The notes below the pieces were generated by a model, which was not told the DNA's origin, did no database searches, and saw nothing but the letters and a program-made list of their open reading frames with translations. A DNA stretch of 57,068 nt from Variovorax sp. (GTDB lineage: Bacteria > Pseudomonadota > Gammaproteobacteria > Burkholderiales > Burkholderiaceae_C), in assembly GCA_040003555.1 (NCBI GenBank), contig JBDUCH010000001.1:1-57068 (forward strand), written 5' to 3'. Positions 11,384-19,463 of this stretch are shown here, one piece after another; position 1 is the first letter of the stretch, and each line of letters starts with the position of its first letter. The position numbers were made by a program, and so were the translations under genes.

Positions 11384-11583
11384 GGGGAGCTTTAGGGGCG
11401 ACCCTCGGGCCGAGGCCGGCAGGCTGCTGGCGTGATCGAAAACTTTCGACCTACGTCCTTGATCCACACAAGCAGTGAACAGCGCATTCAGGCAAATCTA
11501 TCCGCAATCGGAGTGTCGTGCGAGGGCATGTGCAACCCGCAACAGCGGATGGTGCACAAGTAGCGGCGAGCCGATGCGCGGTT

Positions 11584-12216
11584 TCAGTGGATGAGCCTGT
11601 GCTTCAACGCATAGCGGGTCAGATCGCTGTTGGACGCGAGACCCAGCTTCAGCATCAGACGCCTTCGGTAGGTGCTCACCGTCTTTTGCGAAAGCGAAAG
11701 CCGGTCTGCGATCCGTTCGGATCTGTCGCCGGTCGCCAGCGCCAGAAACACCTGGGCCTCGCGTTTGGACAACTCCTCATGCGGGGCGTGCGTTTCCTCG
11801 GAATCGAGCGCGCGCGCGAGCAGCCTGGAGACACTCGCGGGCAGGGGCCGCTGTCCCAGCGAAACGAGCCGTACGGCTCTGACGATCTCCATCGGTTCAC
11901 ATCGCTTGTCGAGATAGCCCCGCGCGCCTTCGCGAACCAGGTTTGCAGCGCCATGGTCGTCGTAGCTGGCGCTCAGCACCAGGATGCGCGTGCGGGGGCT
12001 TCGGGCGTGTATGGCCTTTATCGCGTCTGCGCCGTTCGGGCCGAGCCCCGGCAAGTCCAGTATGAGGACGTCGATCTCGACGGTGCCCACGAGCTCGACG
12101 GCCGCCTCCAGGCCAGCCGCCTCGCCGACCACCCACAGGTCGACGAATCGTGCAAACAGGTCGCGCAGGCCGGAACGGACGATGCCGAGTTGATCCGCGA
12201 CGCCAATCCTGATCAT
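11584..12216 (-). CDS. NarL/UvrY-family response regulator (orphan)
   Basis: REC domain (MIRIGVADQ...DVLILDL...GYLDK) plus LuxR HTH (LSKREAQVF...SQKTVSTYRRRLMLKLG). Start ATG 12216. Confidence 0.88.
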   Translation of the reverse strand: MIRIGVADQLGIVRSGLRDLFARFVDLWVVGEAAGLEAAVELVGTVEIDVLILDLPGLGPNGADAIKAIHARSPRTRILVLSASYDDHGAANLVREGARGYLDKRCEPMEIVRAVRLVSLGQRPLPASVSRLLARALDSEETHAPHEELSKREAQVFLALATGDRSERIADRLSLSQKTVSTYRRRLMLKLGLASNSDLTRYALKHRLIH

Positions 12217-12393
12217 GGGCGGTTCGAGGTGAGCGCATCGCGAGAGTTCACTGGTTGCCGAATCTTCGCGCTCGATGGCCGCTCTGATATTGAGCCAGAT
12301 CAACCGGGGTCGAACTCTGCCGGCCATTCTGCGGCGCCACTCGGCGCTGTTGAAGGGCAGAATCGGGCACGTCAACGTTTGGAGCCACCGAAC

Positions 12394-13935
12394 ATGTCAG
12401 CGCGTATCAAGCGGCCCACCATCATTGTTCGGACGATCGCTTTCGTGGCCATCGTCTGCATCAGTCTCGTCGCGATCGACGTCTGGAACAGCTGGAGTGC
12501 GCGCTCGGTTCAACTCCGGCAAATGGGCGACGCTACATCGAATCTTGCGCGCGCCATGGCGCAGCAGGCCGACGACACGATCAAGGCGGCTGACACGGCG
12601 CTGATCGGTATCGTGGAGCGCGTCGAATACGACGGAATCGGCGCGGTCGCCATCGCGCGCTTGCGCAGGCTCATGGCAGTGCGCGTGGCTGAACTTCCGC
12701 AACTCGATGGCTTGCACGTCTACGACGCGAACGGCGACTGGGTTGCGAACACGCGGCCGGCCACGGTGCCAAACTTGAACAATGCGGATCGGGAGTATTT
12801 CATCTTCCATCGCGACCACGAGGATCGAGGTCCGCATATCGGTGTTCCGGTCAAAAGTCGAACCACCGGCAAGTTGCTCATTCCGGTATCTCGGCGCATC
12901 AATCATGCCGACGGCAGCTTTGCCGGGGTCGCGCTCGCCACGATCGATATCGATTTCTTGATGAATTTCTACAACAGCCTCGAGATCGGCAAGGCCGGCG
13001 CGGTTGTGCTGGTGATGGACAGCGGGGTCATGATGACGCGCCGTCCGTACACCACCGACATGGTCGGAAGGAACATGCTGAACACCGAGCTTTTCCGTCA
13101 GTATTCATCGCGGGGGCCGGTTGGAGAGGCTTACATCACGTCAGCACAGGATGGCGTGACGCGGTTGAACAGCTTTCGCCGCCTCGCGAACTACCCTCTG
13201 TTCGTCGCTGCAGCCTTGTCCAAGGACGAGATCCTCGCCACCTGGTGGCGCGATACGCTCTGGTATTCGGGCGGGGTGATCTTTTTCGTGATGGTGGTGG
13301 CATTCGTCGGTTGGCGGCTGATCAAGCAGATCGAACTGCGAACCCGGGCCGAAGCCGAATTCGTGCGCGCCCGGGACGCATTGGAGAGCCTGAACAAGAC
13401 ACTGAACACGCTCGCCATGCAGGATGGCCTCACCGGGCTGGCGAACCGTCGGCAATTCGACGTGACACTCGACACCGAGTTCAGCCGGGCAATGCGCGAC
13501 GCGAGTACGCTGGCTCTGATCCTGATCGATGTCGATCGCTTCAAACAATACAACGATGTCTACGGCCATGCTGCCGGCGACGAATGTCTGCAAACGATCT
13601 GTCGCACGATCAGAGACCTCACTCCACATCGTCCCGGAGATCTTGCTGCGCGCTATGGCGGTGAAGAAATCGCGGTGCTGCTGCCGAACACCGATGTTGC
13701 GGGCGCGGTCGCCGTCGCGGAAAAAATCCGCAACGCCATTCGCGCGCTGGAGATCGTGCACAGCGGCAATGCGGGTGGCTTTGTTACCTTGAGCGCCGGG
13801 GTGGATGCGCTCATTCCTGTTTCCGGATTCGACCAGCCGACGGAGTTGATTCAGGCGGCGGACAAGGCGCTGTACACGGCCAAGGCGGGCGGGCGCAACC
13901 GCGTATGCGTCAGCAGGGAGACGGCGCCTTTGTGA
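12394..13935 (+). CDS. Membrane diguanylate cyclase (dCache-GGDEF)
   Basis: TM-Cache (NADREYF)-TM, DGLTGLANRR, RPGD I-site and GGEEI. Start is ATG 12394; the upstream extension in the ORF track is antisense to the response regulator. Confidence 0.9.
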   Translation: MSARIKRPTIIVRTIAFVAIVCISLVAIDVWNSWSARSVQLRQMGDATSNLARAMAQQADDTIKAADTALIGIVERVEYDGIGAVAIARLRRLMAVRVAELPQLDGLHVYDANGDWVANTRPATVPNLNNADREYFIFHRDHEDRGPHIGVPVKSRTTGKLLIPVSRRINHADGSFAGVALATIDIDFLMNFYNSLEIGKAGAVVLVMDSGVMMTRRPYTTDMVGRNMLNTELFRQYSSRGPVGEAYITSAQDGVTRLNSFRRLANYPLFVAAALSKDEILATWWRDTLWYSGGVIFFVMVVAFVGWRLIKQIELRTRAEAEFVRARDALESLNKTLNTLAMQDGLTGLANRRQFDVTLDTEFSRAMRDASTLALILIDVDRFKQYNDVYGHAAGDECLQTICRTIRDLTPHRPGDLAARYGGEEIAVLLPNTDVAGAVAVAEKIRNAIRALEIVHSGNAGGFVTLSAGVDALIPVSGFDQPTELIQAADKALYTAKAGGRNRVCVSRETAPL

Positions 13936-14105
13936 GTCGGGCCGGCGCAGGTACGGCAGTGAGTTCCAAAGTACTAGGAGTAGACGTTGCATCAGTTGCG
14001 GATGCAGCACAGATTGGTCCTACAACCATGCGAGACGTGAAAAAACCCGCTGTCAACCCCGAATCGTTGAGCCACGCACCGCATGGTGCGCCCATGATCG
14101 GGTGC

Positions 14106-15170
14106 ATGAAATTCCGTCGTCTGATCCGTCTGGCCTGGGTTGCCGTGCTTCTTGCAGGGATCACCACGGTTTGCGCAGCGCAGCCCGCGCCCGAACGCAG
14201 GCTTCGAATTGTTGGCGGGCTGGCGACAGTCAGCCAATACACCGTGCACGAAGAGCCATTCTGGTCGCAGGACCTGGCGCGGTTGAGTGGAGGAAAGTAC
14301 ACCGCGAGCATCGTGCCCTTCAACCGGGCCGGCGTGCCTGGGCCCGAGATGCTCCATCTCATGAAACTGGGTGTCGTGCCATTCGGCACCGCATTGCTGA
14401 GCCAGGTGGCCAGCAACGAACCCGAGCTGGGCGCCGCTGACCTCCCGGGCCTCAATCCGGACATGGCGACATTGCGGCGTGTGATTGCAGCCTTCCGCCC
14501 CACACTCGAAAAACGATTGAGCGACCAGTTCAACGTCGAATTGCTTGCGGTCTATGTCTACCCGGCCCAAGTGGTTTTTTGCAAGCAGGTCGTCACCCAG
14601 CTGGCCGATCTTGCCGGCCGGCGGATCCGTGTTTCCAGTGTGAGCCAGGCCGATTTCGTGAGCGCACTGAAGGCGACACCCGTGCTCACCGAGTTCGCCG
14701 AGTTGATGTCCAACATGAACTCCGACAACACCGAGTGCGCAATCACCGGTGCCATGTCCGGCAATGCGCTCGGCCTCCACAAGATCACGCGCGGGCTCTA
14801 CTCCATGCCCCTCGGCTGGGGGCTGGCGGTGTTCGGGGCCAACCGGAACACATGGAACACGCTGCCCGCCGACCTGAAGACACTGCTGAAAGCCGAGTTG
14901 CCCAAACTCGAAGCAGCGATCTGGGAAGAGTCGGAACGCGAAACCAGCAACGGTATCGCCTGCAACACAGGCGCCGACACATGTGCTCGGGGAACCAAGG
15001 GCTCTATGGTCGAGGCACGCCCCTCCGCTGCAGATGAGCGTCGGCGTCGGGACATCTTCGCCAAGGACGTGCTCGCGCCATGGGTCAAGCGGTGCGGAGC
15101 AGGATGTCTCAAGCTCTGGGAGCAGACGATCGGCCCGGCAGTCGGCATCAAGGCACCGGGCCCCTTGTGA
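14106..15170 (+). CDS. DctP/TRAP-type periplasmic solute-binding protein (no DctQM nearby)
   Basis: Signal peptide MKFRRLIRLAWVAVLLAGITTVCAA, LADLAGRRIRV and NRNTWNTLPADLK, as in DctP proteins. Alternative start 14094. Confidence 0.8.
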   Translation: MKFRRLIRLAWVAVLLAGITTVCAAQPAPERRLRIVGGLATVSQYTVHEEPFWSQDLARLSGGKYTASIVPFNRAGVPGPEMLHLMKLGVVPFGTALLSQVASNEPELGAADLPGLNPDMATLRRVIAAFRPTLEKRLSDQFNVELLAVYVYPAQVVFCKQVVTQLADLAGRRIRVSSVSQADFVSALKATPVLTEFAELMSNMNSDNTECAITGAMSGNALGLHKITRGLYSMPLGWGLAVFGANRNTWNTLPADLKTLLKAELPKLEAAIWEESERETSNGIACNTGADTCARGTKGSMVEARPSAADERRRRDIFAKDVLAPWVKRCGAGCLKLWEQTIGPAVGIKAPGPL

Positions 15171-18100
15171 ACAAACTGTTGCCGCGAAGGATCACTGCCA
15201 CCATCTACGGTCTGGCGGCAGTGTTCCTGTTGGCGGTTCTGGGCAGCGCAGTCGTTCTCACCTCGGCGACGCGCGACAAGGCCATCGCCGACAGCCAGAA
15301 CCAGGCCACGCGCTTCGTGAGTGGCTCGGAAGCGGCACTCAATCGCAGCCTTCTGGGCGTGGATCTGTTGCTGGCCGATCTGAGCGAGCGGCTGCAGGCT
15401 TCTTCGGAGGCCACGATCGTGGCCGATGCGGCGCGCAGCCAGCTCGCACAGCAAATGCAGGGGGTGGTTCGGCAGAACCTGCTGGTGCGGTACGTTGCGG
15501 TTCTGAACGCACGCGATGAGGTGGTGGTGTCATCCGACCGGCAAGGCGCCAAGGCGGCGGTTCGACTGCCCGCCGGCTTTCTGCGGCAGGTTGTGGAACA
15601 ACCCGCGTCGACGCTCGCGATCAGCGCGCCATTTGTCAACCCGCTGACGTCGCAGCGCGTCGTGTACTTCGCGCGGGATCTGCAACTGCAGGATGGCAGC
15701 CACATCGTGGCAATCGCAGAAGTGCAGCTCTCCTTGTTGACCACCATCCTGATGCAGGGCGTCGACATCGAGGGGCTGGAAGTCACGCTGGAGCACGAGG
15801 CAGGGCCAGTCCTGGCGAGCATGCCCCGCCGTGACGATCCTTCAGGGCAGGCCATTGCGCCCGCGCTGAGCGAGCAGATCCTCGACGGGAACCCGCGGTA
15901 TATGCCTGCACGCCTGAGCGGCGTGCCGGCCATCGTCGTGGCGCGGCCGACGCTTCACAGAAACCTGCGGATCGTGGCCAGTATTCCCTTGCGATCTGCC
16001 CTCCGGGATTGGCGCACGCAACAGGCCTTCATCTGGAGCGCGGCTTGCACGTTCATGCTGATGATCCTCGGCGTCGTCTATCTCACGCGCATGCATTTGC
16101 GCCGGCAATGGCGATCCAAAGCCACCTTGGATCAGGCGCTCGAATCAATGGAGGACGGCTTCGTGCTGTTGGATTCGAAGGATCGCGTGCTCATATGGAA
16201 TCGCCGTTTCGGGGAAATCTTCCCCTGGTCGCGGGACATGATCCGCCCGCTCCTGCCATTCCAGGAAATTGTCGAGCGAGGCGAGGCGCACGTTGTTGCA
16301 GCAGTTGTCGATGGCGAGCAGACGACTCCATTGGATTCATATCAGAAACGGCAGGTGCAGGGCGAGCGGGAACTCACCCTTGCAGCGGGGGGCGTCATTC
16401 TCGCGATCACAAGACGCACGCCGGACGGTGGCGCGATGTGCGTGTACCGGGACATCACGGAAAAGCGGCGAAACATCGCGGACATCCTCGAGGGCAAGGT
16501 GCAATTGCAGGCCACGCTGGACGCGCTGCCGGACGTCCTGCTCGAGCTGGGGCTGGACGGTCAATGCCACCGCTTTCACTCCCCGCGCACACCCGGGGCC
16601 GCCATCGACGTTCGGGATCCGGTGGGCCGGGCGATCGGCGACCTGCTGCCGCCGGACGCCGCGACCGAGGTCATGACGGCGCTGCAGGAGTCCTACGTGT
16701 CCGGCTTTTCGACCGGCCACCAGTTCGAACGCCGCGCTGCCCAAGGAACCATCTGGTTCGAAATATCCGTGTCTCGCAAGCCGGTCGGCGAAGGGGTCGA
16801 TGCGCGATTCATCGTCATTCTGCGCAATATCACCGACCGCAAGTCCGCTGCGCGCCAGATCGAGCATCTGGCGTTCTATGACGGCCTCACAGGCCTGCCC
16901 AACCGCCGGATGCTTCTGCACCGGTTGACGGCGGCAATCGTCAGCAACAGCCGGGGTTCACGACACGGCGGGCTGTTGTTTCTGGACCTGGACAAGTTCA
17001 AGACGCTCAATGATGCGCACGGTCATGCGATGGGCGATCTGCTGCTCAAGCAGGTGGCAGCGCGAATCTCGCGCATCATGCGCGACGGCGATACGGTCGC
17101 CAGGTTGGGAGGCGACGAATTCGTCGTGCTGCTGGAGAACCTGAGCGAGGACAGCGCGGTGGCAACCACGCAGACCAGGGCGCTCGGAGAGGCCATCCTG
17201 GCCGAGATGCACCAGCCGTTCGAGATTGCCACCCATCCTTACTTCAGCACCTGCAGCATCGGCGCCACGCTTTTCCGCGACAACCAGCTTTCGCTCGATG
17301 GCCTGCTCAAGCAGGCCGACATCGCGATGTATTACGCCAAGACCGCCGGCGGAAGGGCGATGCGATTCTTCGAGCCGGCGATGCAGACCCTCATCACCGC
17401 GCGCGCCACCCTGGAGACCGAGCTGCATGCCGCGATGGCGGCCAAACAGTTCGTCCTGCATTACCAGCGCCAGGTGACCGACGGCGGCGAGCTCTTCGGC
17501 GCGGAGGTGCTGGTTCGCTGGCAACATCCTCATCGCGGCATGGTGCCCCCAGCCGGCTTCATCGAAGTGGCGGAAGAGACCGGGCTGATCGCTCCCATCG
17601 GCCTGTGGGTGCTCGAGCAAGCCTGCATTCAGCTGGAACGCTGGAGCCACCATCCAAGAAGATCGAACGTGCAGATCGCGGTGAATGTGAGCGCGCGGCA
17701 GTTCCGCAGCGACGACTTCGCGGATCAGGTGCGCGACGTGCTGATTCGAACCGGGGCCGATCCCTCGAAGCTCAAGCTCGAACTCACGGAAAGCCTGCTG
17801 CAGGACAAGGTGACCGAGACCATCCGCAAAATGAAATCGCTCGCCGCAATCGGCATCCAGTTCTCCATGGACGACTTCGGCACCGGCTTCTCGTCGCTCT
17901 CCTACATGACCCAGCTTCCGCTGCACCAGGTCAAGATCGACAAGTCTTTCGTGCAAGGCATCGGCGTCGATCGGAAAGTCGAATTGATCATCCAGACCAT
18001 CATCGGCATGGCGCGCAGCCTTGATCTGGCAATCGTCGCGGAGGGCGTCGAAACGGAGCAGCAACTTGCCTTTCTGGCAAAGCATGGCTGCACGCTGTAC

Positions 18101-18175
18101 CAGGGATACCTGTTCGGCAAACCCGTGAGTCTTGCCGAATTCGATTCGGAATTGAACGCGGAAACGACTGGCTGA
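15167..18175 (+). CDS. Membrane GGDEF-EAL protein (Cache-like, 2xPAS)
   Basis: GTG start overlaps the upstream stop (GTGA). TM-periplasmic-TM, PAS, RDGD plus GGDEF, AEVLVRW, DDFGTGFSSL and AEGVE. Confidence 0.9.
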   Translation: MNKLLPRRITATIYGLAAVFLLAVLGSAVVLTSATRDKAIADSQNQATRFVSGSEAALNRSLLGVDLLLADLSERLQASSEATIVADAARSQLAQQMQGVVRQNLLVRYVAVLNARDEVVVSSDRQGAKAAVRLPAGFLRQVVEQPASTLAISAPFVNPLTSQRVVYFARDLQLQDGSHIVAIAEVQLSLLTTILMQGVDIEGLEVTLEHEAGPVLASMPRRDDPSGQAIAPALSEQILDGNPRYMPARLSGVPAIVVARPTLHRNLRIVASIPLRSALRDWRTQQAFIWSAACTFMLMILGVVYLTRMHLRRQWRSKATLDQALESMEDGFVLLDSKDRVLIWNRRFGEIFPWSRDMIRPLLPFQEIVERGEAHVVAAVVDGEQTTPLDSYQKRQVQGERELTLAAGGVILAITRRTPDGGAMCVYRDITEKRRNIADILEGKVQLQATLDALPDVLLELGLDGQCHRFHSPRTPGAAIDVRDPVGRAIGDLLPPDAATEVMTALQESYVSGFSTGHQFERRAAQGTIWFEISVSRKPVGEGVDARFIVILRNITDRKSAARQIEHLAFYDGLTGLPNRRMLLHRLTAAIVSNSRGSRHGGLLFLDLDKFKTLNDAHGHAMGDLLLKQVAARISRIMRDGDTVARLGGDEFVVLLENLSEDSAVATTQTRALGEAILAEMHQPFEIATHPYFSTCSIGATLFRDNQLSLDGLLKQADIAMYYAKTAGGRAMRFFEPAMQTLITARATLETELHAAMAAKQFVLHYQRQVTDGGELFGAEVLVRWQHPHRGMVPPAGFIEVAEETGLIAPIGLWVLEQACIQLERWSHHPRRSNVQIAVNVSARQFRSDDFADQVRDVLIRTGADPSKLKLELTESLLQDKVTETIRKMKSLAAIGIQFSMDDFGTGFSSLSYMTQLPLHQVKIDKSFVQGIGVDRKVELIIQTIIGMARSLDLAIVAEGVETEQQLAFLAKHGCTLYQGYLFGKPVSLAEFDSELNAETTG

Positions 18176-18344
18176 GCGCCGCCCCATGCAATCAGCATTG
18201 ACGCCGATCGACGAAGCCCGCAGGGCGCGGGCCTTGATCGCTCTGCGTCCGTTGGCCGACACAGAAGGCTTCCTGGTACGTGGGCTGGCGCACCGACGAG
18301 ATGCGCGCGAACTGCTAGAAGGCGGTTGGAGGTTCCCGATTCCT

Positions 18345-19463
18345 GTGCCCGAACTGCTGGCGAGGCAGCTTGCTGCCGCCGTCTTTCTCACCATCTGCTG
18401 TTGGTCGTCCTGGGCGAGCGCAGAAACCGCGGATCCGGTGTCGGTCACGCAGGCCCTCAGGGTCGTTTCCGAAGCGGCCAAACAGGGCGCGTCCTGGACG
18501 GGCCCGCAATCGGGCCCGGCGGCGCCCGCCGGCAAGACCATTGTGTTTGTCGCCGAAGATCTGCGCAACGGCGGCATCGTCGGCGTCGCGCAGGGCGCGC
18601 GCGAGGCGGCGCGCATCCTCGGTTGGACAGTCAAGATCGTCGACGCGGGTGGAACAGCGGCCGGCCGGTCGAAGGCGCTGGCTGCTGCGCTGGCCGCGTC
18701 ACCCGATGGCGTCGTGCTGGGCGGGCTCGATGCGGTTGAGAACGGCCCGGCGCTCGCCCGGCTTTCCCGAAGCGGCGTGCCGATCGTGGGCTGGCATGCC
18801 GGTTCGCTGCCGGGGCCGATCCGGGGGACGCCGGTGGCAATGAACGTGACGACGGATCCGCTGGAAGTGGCGCGTGTGACCGCAATGGCGGCGGTAGCGC
18901 AATCCGGTGGACGCGCCGGTGTCGTGATTTTCACCGACACCCGGTACCGGATCGCGGTGGCGAAGGCCGATGCAATGGCGGCAGTCGTGCGCGCCTGCAA
19001 GGGCTGCGCGGTGCTGGAAGTGCACGACGTTCCCTTGTCCGAGAGCGACGCGCGGATGCCGGCGATCACGCTGGAACTGCTGCAGCGCTACGGCAAGCGA
19101 TGGACCCATGCACTGGCGATCAACGACATCGTGTTCGACTACGCGATTCCCACCCTCACGAAGGCCGGCCTGTCCAGCGATGGATTGAGCCTGCTTTCAG
19201 CCGGCGACGGCAGCGCGCCCGCGTTCGTGCGCATTCAGGCGAAGACATTCCAGACAGGCACCGTCGCCGAGCCACTGAACCAGCAGGGCTGGCAGGCGCT
19301 CGATGAACTGAATCGCTTGATGGCGCGCGAGCCCGTGAGCGGCTTTGTCGCACCTGTGCACCTGGTCACTGCGGAGAACATCGCATTCGACGGCGGCCCG
19401 ACTCTGCGATATGACCCCGACAACGGATACCGGGCGATCTACAAACGCATCTGGCGGCGTTGA
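18345..19463 (+). CDS. RbsB/TorT-like class I periplasmic binding protein (no ABC permease nearby)
   Basis: Signal-like segment ending SWASA, GKTIVFV, PDGVVLGG, HALAINDIVF and TVAEPLNQQGW. Start uncertain: GTG 18345 follows GGAGG; the ORF is open from 18186. Confidence 0.8.
   Translation: MPELLARQLAAAVFLTICCWSSWASAETADPVSVTQALRVVSEAAKQGASWTGPQSGPAAPAGKTIVFVAEDLRNGGIVGVAQGAREAARILGWTVKIVDAGGTAAGRSKALAAALAASPDGVVLGGLDAVENGPALARLSRSGVPIVGWHAGSLPGPIRGTPVAMNVTTDPLEVARVTAMAAVAQSGGRAGVVIFTDTRYRIAVAKADAMAAVVRACKGCAVLEVHDVPLSESDARMPAITLELLQRYGKRWTHALAINDIVFDYAIPTLTKAGLSSDGLSLLSAGDGSAPAFVRIQAKTFQTGTVAEPLNQQGWQALDELNRLMAREPVSGFVAPVHLVTAENIAFDGGPTLRYDPDNGYRAIYKRIWRR

Noticed and set aside
11518-12393. 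Apparent N-terminal extension of the cyclase (805-aa ORF)
   Set aside because: It overlaps the response regulator on the opposite strand; the real gene starts at ATG 12394.
14008-14024. GTAGG/CCTAC half-sites here and near 1320, 11450 and 28076 as a possible shared NarL-type box
   Set aside because: Too short and inconsistently spaced to separate from chance by eye.
16958-19069. 703-aa minus-strand ORF, and similar long shadows at 22652-24340, 44798-46216, 46763-48160 and 52415-53806
   Set aside because: All are antisense to well-supported genes and show no recognisable domains.
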